Shown piece after piece: positions 12,353 to 25,570 of a DNA stretch of 64,000 bases. This DNA comes from Podarcis tiliguerta (lineage: Eukaryota), in the NCBI GenBank assembly GCA_965153285.1, contig OZ229115.1. One strand, given 5' to 3'. The notes beneath the pieces were generated by a model. The model was not told the origin of the DNA, did not search any database, and worked only from the letters and a program-made list of their open reading frames with translations. The number at the start of each line of letters is the position of its first letter. The first letter of the stretch is position 1. Both the position numbers and the translations under genes were made by a program.

Positions 12353-13489
12353 ATGAGGGAGGGGATAAGGCAGGGTCTGTAGGTGGTGTGGCTGAGGAGA
12401 TCCCAGAGGTCTGCTTTCAGCCACCTCCACCTGAGGTTCCCTATCCCTAAAGTATGAGGATAAAACTTTTAACTCTTGCTTCTGGTTGATAGTTTTTGTT
12501 TTGTCTGGTTTTGATTGTACATTGAAGGTATGTCAGTCATGAAACCCTGACCCAAGCCTTCCTGGATCATTAAAAGAGCTTGCTGATCAACTAAGAGAAA
12601 ATAATTACAGCTCAAAGGTTTTGTATTTGATTAACTCTTTTCTTAAAGCTTTTCAAGCTATGTTTAGCTTGTGTCCATTGTGTTAGACGGGAAAATTCTA
12701 TATTAAAAATTCTATATAGAAAATCAAACATGAGAAATAATCAAGGGGAAGATCCCTTTTCACTGCTCAAATCCTTTCCTGTGCATCTCTTCCGCTTTTT
12801 TTGCCATCACCTTTATGCTGCCAAAATACATTTTATAGCCTAATCACATTGCATTTAGCAAACAGAAGGTTACCACCTTTTAACTGGCCCGCTTCCTAGA
12901 CCTTTTAGCAACAGCCTGACATGAAGAATTAAAAAGGTGAAACTTTCCCACCGCTTATCTCTCTGCCACAGGCAGCACCCCTCCCACAAACCACAAACTT
13001 TTAAAAGGCAAGTCACCATGAAGCAACCAGAAAACAAGTCAGCGGTGCTTCTGTTGAATAAAAATTAAAGGAGACTTACTCACTTTACACCAATGTGCCC
13101 TCTACCACACTTTTAAAACTGAAGGAAGACTGATGGAAGACCTGGGTTAATTCCCAAACCAGAAACAGATCCTCCCCTATACCCTACTTACCTCTTCCAT
13201 CTCACCAAAAAGGACATCCCCTTCAAAATTTCAAAAGTGAAAACTGGGACATACATGTAACATACTTATTATCATGCAGACATTTATTGGCCAAGGCCTC
13301 TTACATCATCATTCCACACTATTGTAGAGTCTCCTATTATTTAATCATTTGTGTCCTGCTGTTGTGATTCTTGTGAGCTGCTTTGGGCTCAAGATTTGTT
13401 GTTGGAAAAGCAGAATATAAATATTAAATGAAATTTATAAAAATCAAAAACAACCCAGGACTCAAATACCTGAAAAAACTCGTTCCCTA

Positions 13490-13815
13490 TGCACCCTCTT
13501 AGGTGCTAAGCTCAGCAGAGGGGACCCTCTTGGAGGTTCTACCACCCTCAGAAGCTCAGGTGTGGCCCAGGAGAAGGCCTTCTCAGTGGCCACTGTGGAA
13601 CACCCTCCCCGGAGCGATGCATCTGACATCTTCATTATACAGTTCTACTTTTATCAAATGCTAGATATGCACCCTTTTACCCTGGCCGATAACATCTGAG
13701 ATACATGTTTTTGGAACCCACCCTATTCTTTCGGATTGTATTCTTTTTAATGGTTTTTAATATTGTATTTTGAATTATGGTAACCTTCGGGTTAAGGGCA
13801 GGCTAACAACAGCAA
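13490..13815 (+). mobile_element. Degenerate L2 LINE 3' fragment
   Basis: CTAAGCTCAGCAGAGGGGACCCTCTTGGAGGTTC..AGAAGGCCTTCTCAGTGGC..CTGTGGAACACCCTCCC resembles 38100-38215. Confidence 0.55.
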
Positions 13816-14907
13816 CCACCACTAACATTACACTAGACTGGCTTCACAGTTAAAGGCAGCAGGCTACCCAAGAAGATTCTCTTTCATCTTGACATTTCCT
13901 ACCCGAACGTCCTGTTGTTAAATGTGTTTATGCCTCAACCCACAAGCTGACAAGTGAATCTACAAGCAGGGCCACAGCAAGCACTGGCTGGAAATTCCCA
14001 AGCACTGCCCCACTCCACAAAAACCCTCAGAGCTGTATGAATGAGAAACAAGCAAGAAAGCTACATGGTAGTAATTGCAAAGCAACGTTCTCTGTTTTTT
14101 ATCATCTCTTGTCAGGCCTAAAGTAGATAACACACATTCTTAAATAGTAACAAAATATTGCAACCAGAACCACAATGTTAGGTGCTCATTAGTTCATAGG
14201 CAACTGTTTTCCCCCCTGAAAAGTTCTGAATCTGAATGACCACATTCACTGCACATAAAAAATTATAGCAACAATGTCAGCTGCATGCTCTGTAGCCTTT
14301 CCGCCACTGGCTTAGTCCAAGAATTGGGGTACAGGGGTTAAAGATACCATAGAAAAATGCAGGTGGCTGCCACACTAGTCATTTTCTTCAGAACTGACAT
14401 CCTTTATACATTCACTTTTTAGGGAAAATCCAGATGGTTGTCATTGCCAGACCATTGCAGCCCAGTGTTTTCAGTGTTGTCCTCCCATTTCTTAAAGACT
14501 GATTTGTGGTGTGGTCTGGCAAAGTACTTGGGCTATTGTCCTTTTAATTAGTTGCTTGCTGTTCACCCCCAGCCTTGACAGTACTGAATCAGTTCTTGTC
14601 AGCGAACTTTGATTACTTATTTCCTCTTGGTAGTCAGGGCATTTTCTTACTCATTTTTATTAAAATGAGTGTGGAATGTTACTGCAACGGCAATATTATC
14701 AAGCCTGATGGATGTGGGTGTTAATGGACACTTTCTGCCCAGAAAACAAAATGCACTGGAATGCACTGAATAGACATCCAACCTGCACCTGCCATGTCTT
14801 GAAACTGTCTCTCCTAGACTTTTTCTTTTTTTACTGATATCAGCTCATGGTAAAGTAGAGAAACACCTAGCAATTCTGGGTACATTACAAAGATATAAGT
14901 CGCACTA

Positions 14908-17900
14908 CCCCTTCATGGATCACTGCCCTGCCGTGGCGAAGGGGCTTGAAGAACTCAGAGAAGCTATGAACTATGCCGAGCAGGGCACCCATGATGAACA
15001 GGTCATAGTGGAGAGTTTTGACCAAACGTGATCCACCTGGAGCAGGAATCGGCAAGCCACTCCAGTATCCCTGCCAAGAAAACTCCATGGACAAAGACAA
15101 CAGGCATATAAAAGTTATGACGCTGGAAGATGAGCCCCTCAGGTCGGAAGGCGTCCAACATGCTACTGGGGAAGAGCGGAGGACAAGTACAAGTAGATCC
15201 AGAGCTGATGAAGCGGCTGGGCCAAAGCCAAAAGGACGCTCAGTTGCGGATATGCATGGAAGTGAAAGGAAAGTCCAATGCTGTAAAGAAAAATATTGCA
15301 TAGGAACCTGGAATGTAAGAACCATGAACCTGGGTAAGTTGGATGTGGTCAAAAATGAGATGGCAAGAATAAATATTGACATTCTGGGCATCAGTGAACT
15401 AAAATGGACGGGAATGGGCGAATTCAGTTCGGATGACCATCATATCTACTACTGTGGGCAAGAAACCCGCAAAAGAAATGGAGTGGCCCTCATAGTCAAC
15501 AAAAGAGTGGTGAAAGCTGTACTGGGATGCAATCTCAAAAATGATAGAATGATCTCGATACGAATCCAAGGCAGACCTTTTAACATAACAATAATCCAAG
15601 TTTATGCACCAACTACTGGTGCTGAAGAAACTGAAATTGACCAATTCTATGAAGACTTACAACACCTTATAGAAGTGACACTAAAGAAGGATGTTCTTCT
15701 CATTATAGGGGATTGGAATGCTAAAGTAGGGAATCAAGAGATAAAAGGAACAACTGGCAAATTTGGTCTTGGAATTCAAAACGAAGCAGGGCAAAGGCTA
15801 ATAGAGTTCTGTAAGAGAACAAGCTGGTCATCACAAACACTCTTTTCCAACAACACAAGAGACGACTCTACACATGGACATCACCAGATGGGCAGCATCG
15901 AAATCAGATTGATTATATTCTCTGCAGCCAAAGATGGAGAAGCTCTATACAGTCAGCAAAAACAAGACCTGCAGCTGACTGTGGCTCAGATCATCAGCTT
16001 CTTATAGCAAAATTCAAGCTTAAACTGAAGAAAGTAGGAAAAACCACTGGGCCGGTAAGATACAATCTAAACCAAATCCCTTATGAATACACAGTGGAAA
16101 TGAGGAACAGGTTTAAGGATTTAGATTTGCTGGATAGAGTACCTGAAGAACTATGGATGGAGGCTCGAAACATACAGGAGGCAGCAATGAAAACCATCCC
16201 AATGAAAAGGAAATGCAAGAAAGCAAAGTGGCTGTCCAATGAGGCCTTACAAATAGCGGGGGAGAGAAGGCAAGCAAAGTGCGAGGGAGATAGAGAAAGA
16301 TACAGAAAATTGAATGCAGAATTCCAAAAAATAGCAAGAAGAGACAAGAAGGCCTTCTTAAATGAACAATGCAAAGAAATAGAGGAAAACAACAGAATGG
16401 GAAGAACCAGAGATCTGTTCAAGAAAATTGGAGATATGAAAGGAACATTTTGTTCAAAGATTACCATAATAAAGGACAAAAGTGGTAAGGACCTAACAGA
16501 AGCAGAAGACATCAAGAAGAGGTGGCAAGAATACACAGAGGAATTATACCAGAAAGATATGGATGCCTCGTACACCCCAGGTAGTGTGGTTGCTGACCTT
16601 GACCTTGAGCCAGACATCCTGGAGAGTGAAGTCAAATGGGCCTTAGAAAGCATTACAAATAACAAGGCCAGTGGAAGTGATGGTATTCCAGCTGAACTAT
16701 TTAAAATTTTAAAAGATGATGCTGTTAAGGTGTTACACTCAATATGCCAGCAAGTTTGGAAAACTCAGCAGTGGCCAGAGGATTGGAGAAGGTCAGTCTA
16801 CATCCCAATCCCAAAGAAGGGCAGTGCTAAAGAATGCTCCAGCTACCGCACAATTGCACTCATTTCACACGCTAGCAAGGTTATGCTTAACATTCTTCAA
16901 GGAAGGGTCAAGCAGTATGTGGACCGAGAACTCCCAGAAGTGCAAGCTGGATTTAGAAGAGGCAGAGGAACCAGAGACCAAATTGCAAACATGTGCTGGA
17001 TTATGGAGAAAGCTAGAGAGTTCCAGAAAGACATCTACTTCTGCTTCATTGACTATGCAAAAGCCTTTGACTGTGTCGACCACAGCAAACTATGGCAAGT
17101 TCTTAAAGAAATGGGAGTGCCTGATCACCTCATCTGTCTCCTGAGAAATCTCTATGTGGGACAAGAAGCTACAGTTAGAACTGGATATGGAACAACTGAT
17201 TGGTTCAAAATTGGGAAAGGAGTACGACAAGGCTGTATTTTGTCTCCCTGCTTATTTAACTTATATGCAGAATTCATCATGCGAAAGGCTGGGCTGGATG
17301 AATCCCTAGCCGGAATTAAGATTGCTGGAAGAAATATCAACAACCTCAGATATGCAGATGACACAACCTTGATGGCAGAAAGTGAGGAGGAATTAAAAAA
17401 CATTTTATTGAGGGTGAAAGAGGAGAGCGCAAAATATGGTCTGAAGCTCAACATCAAAAAAACGAAGATCATGGCCACTGGTCCCATCACCTCCTGGCAA
17501 ATAGAAGGGAGGAAATAGAGGCAGTGAGAGATTTTACTTTCTTGGGCTCCATGATCACTGCAGATGGTGACAGCAGCCACGAAATTAAGAGACGCCTGCT
17601 TCTTGGGAGGAAAGCAATGACAAACCTAGACAGCATTTAAAAAAAGTAGAGACATCACCTTGCCAACAAAGGTCCGTATAGTAAAAGCTATGGTTTTCCC
17701 AGTAGCGATGTATGGAAGTGAGAGCTGGACCATAAAGAAGGCTGATCGCCGAAGAATTGACGCTTTTGAATTATGGTGCTGGAGGAGACTCTTGAGAGTC
17801 CCATGCAAGAAGATCAAATGCATCCATTCTTAAGGAAATCAGCCCTGAGTGCTCACTGGAAGGACAGATCGTGAAGCTGAGGCTCCAATACTTTGGCCAC

Positions 17901-18128
17901 CTCATGAGAAGAGAAGACTCACTGGAAAAGACCCTGATGTTGGGAAAGATGGAGGGCACAAGGAGAAGGGGACGACAGAGGACGAGATAGTTAGACAGTG
18001 TTCTTGAAGCTACAAACATGAATCTGACCAAACTGCGGGTGGCAGTGGAAGACAGGAGGGCCTGGCGTGCTCTGGTCCATGGGGTCACAAAGAGTCGGAC
18101 ACAACTGAACGACTAAACAACAACAACA
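14908..18128 (+). mobile_element. BovB (RTE-clade) LINE, essentially full length (about 3.2 kb), inactivated
   Basis: 5' UTR begins CATGGATCACTGCCCTGCCGTGGCGAAGGGGCTTG; APE and RT coding region; 3' end GAGTCGGACACAACTGAACGACTAAA followed by a (CAA)n tail; TSD AAGTCGCACTA (14897-14907) / AAGTCGCGCTA (18129-18139), 10/11 identical. Confidence 0.97.
15087..18116 (+). pseudogene. Disrupted BovB ORF (APE endonuclease + reverse transcriptase)
   Basis: APE motifs IGTWNVRTM, GISELKW, IIQVYAPT, IGDWNAKVG, IDYI, SDH. RT motifs YRTIALISH, QAGFRRGR, FIDYAKAFDCV, GVRQGCILSPCLFN, YADD. ORFs 15018-16007 and 16094-17518 join via a frameshift near 15812; further frameshifts near 17509, 17638 and 17803; premature TAG at 17988-17990; natural stop TAA at 18114-18116. 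Confidence 0.95.
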
Positions 18129-21100
18129 AAGTCGCGCTAAACTCACTAGCATTTTCTATTTAGGAAGTATACATAGCATGATGTACAAATGAAATGAGGA
18201 AGCAAAGAAGGAGTAAAAGAAGATGGGGGTTAGATGTTCCTGAATTGTGTGGAATGTTAGGGGAGGGGTGGTACTTTTGGTGGGGGACATTTTGTGCTCC
18301 TTCTGGGGTAGTTTGTCCACCTTTGGTCCCCACCCTGCACTCAGCTCTCACCTGTGGCTCCTATAAGCTATCAGCATATGACAGCAGCCACACCCTGGGA
18401 CAGGATGTAACATGGCATCCTTGTAATGTTGAGGAGGGCTCTGGAGCAGAGGCCTAAGGACAGTATACAGCTGGCTATCCACTTCCGTCCCCAGTAGCTT
18501 GGATGGAAGAGGAGAAGGGAATCGGCATATGAAATGTTTTTACATCAGTGGTACAGCCAAGCAGAATCCAACCATGTGTGAAGCTCCCTGCTGTTGCACC
18601 ACATATTGCCTTTACAATGATAACAAAACCAAAGGGAAAAACCTTGGAAGTAAACGACAAAAATATTTTGTCTTTAGGCACTGATAGTCTTTATGTTATG
18701 GAATCGCTGATAAAATTGAGCATTGTGAGGGTACAGTTACTTTTCAAACGGGCTTTCAACAAGGTTTGAAGCCAATGTTTCCCCCTATGTGATTTCCCAC
18801 ATTCCTTATGCGACGTAGCCATAGATGTGGTGGTCCTTAAGCTCATGCTAGTCCTTCAGATAACCACACCTGCATTATTTCTGCCCAAAATGGTGTTCTC
18901 TGAGAACCTGCCTCATTTGTGTTTATGTCATTGGTTTTTTAAAAAAAAAAACTGGTAGTAATTACAGGAACTGGTACATGTGTGGTTTTTATTAAGACTG
19001 AAGTACACAGTGTGGTGAAGTTTAACCCTTTCCCCCTCCACTTTGATCTTAATAAAAATAGACCCCACCCCGTATGTGCTGTAATTAGAAAGGGGCAATA
19101 TTAAATGTGGGTGCACAAAGCATTAAAGACACACACATCAAGACTCCTTGCACTCTGCTCCTCTCCCTCTTTATTCCTGCCCAGGGCAGCCCTACCCTCA
19201 GCCTGCTCTCTGAGCCAATGTGTCACGCTGGGCTGGGCCTCAGTGGCTGCACCCTCTCCCCCTCTTTCACCCCCCAGCAGCTGCTACAAGCTGCTCAAGG
19301 AAGGAAGCTGGCAGGGGAAGCCATGTAGAGGCAAGAGAATGTTCCCTCACAGCAGCCACCACCACTATAGTCGTCACTGTCTCGTCCTCCTCCCCAAGCT
19401 TGGTGGCACTGATGGGGGGAATTAGGGACATTCTGGGTTTCAAATCCGAAGCAAGGACAGCTTTCACAATTCTGGGACTGCCCTGGAAAATCAGGACACT
19501 TGGAGGATATGTTAGTGCTGTGTGTAGCTGGGTCCTGGCAACTTGGAGTAAGGGAGCTCAATATCATCCAGCGGGATTTGTGGCTTAGTGGAAGTTTGAA
19601 CTGGGGCCTCCTTTGTTCTGGTCCAAAGCACTAACCACTACACCACACTGAACGCATATGCAACCATTTTAAGGCAGGGTCTTCTGAAGTCTTTGGATGA
19701 TCCCTTTGTCATCTGTTTCTTAAAGCACATAGGCCTTTCCCTTGACTAGTATCAGGTTCTCCCAGCTTGCTTCCATAAACCATAAAATACCATAAATCAC
19801 CAGCAAGCCTCAGATTAGACCTGACAGCCAAGCTTTTTTCAGATGAGTCTGTTCCACTGTATGTAATTAACATGTCTTGTTTTCATCATTTATATTTTAT
19901 TTATATGCTTTTATGTAGTGTGAGCAAGTCCAAGAGGTTTTTATTTCTATGAATTATGCTTTGTAAAACCACAGCGCCGACATTGATGGAGCAATTATTA
20001 CCGGCTAAGGACCCCATCTTCGTTGCTCTGTCTTTCTTTCCCTCTGCAGCTGGCCGTCTGTCATTCTTAAATAAGAGCTATCAACGTGTGACAGACAGAA
20101 GGACATCTCATAGGGAAAAAGCAGGAGGAAAGGGGATGAGGTAAACATTGAAAAGGATTCTGTTGCCATAACTCGAAGGCACACTATCACAGATGGAATT
20201 TTGCAGGTTTTAAGAAAGAAGGGGGGGGGGGATCACACTCCTAAAAAGCTATTGCCTTAGGGGAGCTTTTACCGATTTCAAGCTTTTGTTGTTCAGATCA
20301 GTTCACTCCAGAGAGTGGTTGTACCAAGTTGATAGACAAGCCGGGATAATGGAAAATGTTCTTTTCTTTCTTTTTCTTTTTCTTTTTTTAATGCAGTTGC
20401 TTAGAAAACCTTTATTACTTTTGATTTCAAAACTGGGGGACAAAACTGCATGTGGAACTTGAAGGATGATTTTAAAAAGGAATTCTCTCCTCATCCCTAC
20501 ACCCCAGACCCCATCTTGCTTTCTTAGGGCTACAATTCTAAGCGTGATTAGAATAGTTCCCACCTTCAATCATTAGAGTCCCCTTTCATATACAGTCCAG
20601 AATGGTGGAGAGATGGGAGCCTTCATGTTGACTAGCTTTCCCAAGGATAACCTTCACCTGAAGAGTCTTCAACACAAGTTCACCAACAACTGACACAAAT
20701 TCATCCAAAGAATACAACCCAGTCAAACATTCTTCCACCATTTCCAAAATATAACAGCACTATTGATTCATCAAATGGTCAGAAAGAGAAATCATCTCTT
20801 GAACCTCCTGCTGAGTCAAGTTGTGCACCACAGAAGCACAAGGTTACAATAATGGATCACAATAAGCAGGCAGCACGTCAACTTCCCCATTCATCAGCTG
20901 AGAAAAAGAGTTGTTTTGCTTTGAATGTTTTTGAAGCACATTTTTGGAGCTTTTGTGATGTTAGCATAGTCTCTTACTAGACAGATTTGCCAAGCCCTTT
21001 GTGAAATCCCCTGTTGTGCAAAAGGTCATCAAGTATGAGCACTGGAAGAACCAGAGAAACCAATGTTGGGAGAATGAGAATCAGAGCATAAAGGAAATGT

Positions 21101-21243
21101 GATATCTGCCCTCATTTGCATTTCCAGACCTCACTTTTCAATACTGAGTTGGGCAAGATGTAGAATTGGATCTCTGATTCAAACTGGTATTTTTACCTGA
21201 ATCAAAGCAGAACTTGAAATCAATCATTTTAATGTTGCTTTGT

Positions 21244-21435
21244 GCATAGAAAGCTGCTATCTCATATTCTGTCATCTCAGAAGTCTATCTAACCCATGTC
21301 TGACTGACTTGCAGTTCTCCAAGGTCCCAGCCCTACAATATGACTTTTTTCTCCTAAAGCAGAGACAACCAGATTCATGAGCATGTGACTATGCACATGG
21401 AAAGCATGCACTCTGCGGCTGAACTATGCTTCCTC
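21244..21435 (-). mobile_element. Degenerate Squam3-like SINE
   Basis: CATAGAAAGCTGC...CCCAGCCCTAC...GCATGCACTCTGCGGCTGAACTATG; weak match to 27218-27412. Confidence 0.45.
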
Positions 21436-21935
21436 CATTTTGAGTATCTGCACTGCCCATCTTCAAAACTGGTTTATTGTCCAGTTCTGCATTTCTATTA
21501 ACGCATTTGCTCTAGCTTTTTGATGTGTCGTTAGCTACTGTTATAATATTCAGGAATATCTCTGCAGGTTTTCTCTGGAAGAGTGTGGCATCACCAACAT
21601 AATATCGTTATGCAGCTCCTCTTGGATATCTAAGGGAGAGTTCTAAGCAAATATATGCATTCCTGGTAAAAAGCTGTATGCGCTGAAAACAAACATAAGC
21701 CCATAAACATATTGTCTGGTTCTTGCAAATAAATGGATTCCTACCCATGTCTGGTAACACTGTGCTCTTTTGTAAATTGTGCAATTCTGTAATTCCTTGT
21801 GCCATTTCAAAAAAACCAACATTCACTCTTTGTAACTATAAATCTCATAATAAATGCCTTGCAAGATATGTGTCCATGTCAAAATACAATGTTTTGCTCT
21901 CTGATTCCCATGACTGCTAATCCAAACACTTGGAT

Positions 21936-21938
<3 letters not shown>

Positions 21939-21973
<35 letters not shown>

Positions 21974-21980
21974 AGGGAGA
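21939..21980. repeat. (GA)n / (GGGA)n microsatellite
   Basis: Direct reading of the sequence. Confidence 0.95.
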
Positions 21981-22303
21981 CTCACAGAGGCCCTGAGATT
22001 AGCAGTCCACAAAATTAAGCTAATCAAATACTGTTTTCAGGCTTTTCAGTGCAATCAAGATGAGTGAGCTGACTGAAGCACTGTCCAGATGGAGCTTAAG
22101 AAACAATCGCCATGAGCAATATCTCATAGTGGAAGATGGGCGTGACAATGTCTGGTGGGTTTACTGAATTAGTACCCCAGGCTTGTGATGGCCTTGGCAG
22201 CAAAAAGGTGCAGAAGGGAGACAAAAGGGTAGAGGTTGTGGTTCCCTGCTGGTCAACAGCTACCAGCCACTACCCCTCCCCCGCTCCCCCACAGACACGT
22301 GTA

Positions 22304-22511
22304 CAGTGGTACCTCGGGTTAAGAACTTAATTTGTTCCGGAGGTCCATTCTTAACCTAAAGACCACTTTAGCTAATGGGGCCTCCTGCTGCCGCCGCGCC
22401 ACCAGAGCACGATTTCTGTTCTCGTCCTGAAGCAAAGTTCTTAACCAGAGGTGCTATTTCTGGGTTAGCGGAGTCTGTAACCTGAAGCGTATGTAACCCG
22501 AGGTACCACTG
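22304..22511 (+). mobile_element. Tc1/mariner (Tigger/pogo-like) MITE, family A
   Basis: TIR CAGTGGTACCTCGGGTTA / TAACCCGAGGTACCACTG with TA TSD; homologous to 35980-36205 and 58160-58398. Confidence 0.92.
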
Positions 22512-25451
22512 TACACATAACATCCCTGTGAAATGGGGGGCTGGGGCTGATGGGAATTGTAAGCTAAAACATCCAGAGGGTGCCAGTTTGCTACATCATC
22601 ACCTGACATGATTTCCAGGTGTGGCTAAAGGGGGGGGGAAGATGGCTGCCATTTCCCCCCTTTCCTCATGATTCCCATTGAAATTAAGATATATTAAGGT
22701 GTATTGGTCACAGAGACATTATGGGGAATGGGATGGCATCTGCCAGCTAGCTGCCACTGGAAGGTAGACATAAATCACCCTCCCTGCTCCCAAGTCAATT
22801 AAAGGTTCTTTTTTAAAAAACTGAACTGTTAGCTTAGTCATAGATGTGATTACAGTGATGCCACTAACTACGTTGAGTGTCTCTGTTGATAAATGAAAGG
22901 TGCTGCTCTTTGTGACAAGGCCTCCTTAGGTCTTAAATACAGGTTATATTAACGATGTGATTAATAATCACATTATGCCTTTTTTAAAACACCAAAAAAC
23001 ACTTTAAAAAACCCCTAAGTAGCAGCCAGGGGCATGGGGTGATTGTCAGCAGCATCGCATTGTGTGGGGAGTTGAGGTATATACCCCAGCTGTGACCTTA
23101 GTAAAAAACAAAAATAAACCTCACAGTAATTAGCATTATGAATAAAAACCCTCCCACTGACACCAACAGAAGTCCCTCCCCAATGTTAATTGCTGCTTGG
23201 AAGGGGGGAATTTTACCGAGATCATTACTGGGGAGGAAAGGCTTAAATCATCCCTCCCTGCATGACGTGGTGTCGATGACAAACACCTCTGACCCCCACT
23301 ATGCATTGTATTTAATTTCAATGCTAATCGCATTACTTAGTCTGTAGATTTCAGAGTAAGCCACAAAATGTATGTATTCCTATGTGCCTCAGTTTTGCAA
23401 AATGTGCTAACAGAATAGCTGGTAGTATTGCACATTAAACACTCAATGAATGCGTTTCTCACATTGATATAGTATTTCTCCATCTTCTTTTTCACCTAGA
23501 AAGAAGCTTAACATAAAACTGAAAGGTGTGGGGGGGGGGTGCACATGCTCAAGAAACCAGAGTGGCACCTCCAGCAATTGTATTTGTCAATATCTTGGAG
23601 AGCAGCTGAAAATGATGTATTTGCAACATATATGGTCCATTGCCTGATTAACTCCTAATGAAAACCACCCAAGCCTTGCACTGAAATCAGTTAGCAATAC
23701 AATATCTCCCAAAGATTGTGCAATTACTTTTATTTTTTTTCTGAATGGTTGCCAATAACTGCAACTTTCACACAAGATAAAGATCTTTTCTGCTTCATTA
23801 CTTTTGAGATGGTGCATTAGGATCAAATGTACCGTCCTATTAAATAAAACTCCAGGAACTCTATATATAGCACCATATCAAATGCAGCCTGGAGAGCAGC
23901 ATTGATCAGATCAGCCCAGATGGTTGTTTACATGTTGAACAGCTAAAATATTCTTGCCGTTAAAAACGATGCACAACATTTCATTTTGCATACTGCACAC
24001 ACTCAAATGCACGAAGATTCACACCAGTTCATTGCAAGTTACCACCTTGGCCAAATGCAAAGAGAAGAAATTACATCTTGTCTAGCCTAGAAGTAGGATC
24101 ATTTGTTGGAAACATAACCATAAAATGAACCCAAAGGCCATTGGTGGTTGGCACATTTTAATGTACATAAAGCCAAAGTTTTTATACACTATGCATGCAG
24201 GGAAGTCCACAGCTGGTGGATATCTTACACATTTCCCATGCACTATTTGCTTACTTCCTGTTCTGCCATGCACTCCCTCTTGCCATCAGAACTTTCTATG
24301 CAACCAGGATGCCCAAGGCAGTTGACCCCCAACTTGGTTGTAACATATAAAACTACTTATCGAGTTCTAAATTTCCAAGACACAGCTGCTGGGAATACAG
24401 AGGGGGAAAATAATGGTGCTCATCCCTATAATAATTCTTAAGGATGAACCAGTCCACTTATTCCCATTTCACATCAGTTTCACATGCACTCAATCATAGG
24501 TTGATTCCAGTTGCAATTTAATAGGTGGAAAAGTTGGGGTTAATGTCCAGAATTTGTTGTTCCATAAATCTCTGACAAGTATACCACCACTGGCTAGAGG
24601 GGCAGGGTCTACCAGAAAGCTCTACATGACTACCACAGTTATTCTGGGGTAGCAGCATCTTGGGGGTTCCATTGCTTTTCCTGCATTGAGCAATGAATTG
24701 AACTAGATGATCTTCAAGGACTCCACCAGGACTAAAGTTCTATTGTTCTTCCCATCTGTATTGGTCTACCAGTCGCCCAGCAAAGCTAATTGTTGACCAG
24801 GTAATTTATTGATCAACCACAGAGAGAACCGTGCCATGAGTGGTTTCAAGAGGTTCATGCATTAAACTTGCCAGGCTCTACCTCAGGGCATTACAACTGC
24901 CTTTGGGGAAAGTGGAAGACGCGTTTATATGGCACCTCTTCTCCTGACAACTTCAAAAGAATTCAGTGTCACTGCTGTTCCTTCTGAGCAAATGCACAAT
25001 CACTTCTGAAGAAACTTCAGGGCAACCCCTTGCAAAACTGTAGGACACAGTGAGGCATCATCTGAATTTCTCAGACGCAGCCCCAGGTTAACAGTATTGT
25101 TGAGTGTCACCCAATATGGAACAGCTCAGAAGAAATTGCAAAAACCATGAGAGATATATGCAACCCAACCACAAAAGTCAATAAAAGTGCAGACAAGTTG
25201 GGAAATGAAACATAGATACAGATACAGATCAGAACTATTCAAAAAGCGTACAACTAAAAATTTCAAATTTAATAAAGGTCAGTTAGTAATGGCAGCAAGT
25301 GCCTCTCACGTGTAAGCCCCTGAGCTCGGGGGGGGGGGGGACATTTTAAAACAAGTACATTACAGCAGGAACAATGGACAGAGAAATGTGTATAAATGAC
25401 AAACATAAATATATAACAAATAGCGATAGCCACTGCCACTGCCACTCGGTC

Positions 25452-25570
25452 TACTCTACCTCATAGGGTTGTTGGGGGGTTAAATGAGGAGGGGAGAACC
25501 ATGTAAGCCACCTTGAGCTCCTTGGAGAAAAAGGTGGGATATAAATGCAAACAACAACAACAACAACAAC
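25452..25570 (+). mobile_element. MIR/CORE-like SINE 3' part with (AAC)n tail
   Basis: CTACCTCATAGGGTTGTTG (CORE-like), GCCACCTTGAGCTCCTTGGAGAAAAAGGTGGGATATAAAT, then (CAA)n. Confidence 0.6.

Noticed and set aside
14916-15035. Hammerhead ribozyme in the BovB 5' UTR (three stems, ATGATGA and AAAC in the junctions)
   Set aside because: The core does not match: CATGATGAA instead of CTGATGA, CAAAC instead of GAAAC, and no UH cleavage site between the stems.
14885-18088. Antisense and alternative-frame ORFs over BovB (e.g. 14885-15391, 16081-16665, 17152-17580)
   Set aside because: Shadow ORFs of the BovB coding sequence with no independent protein motifs.
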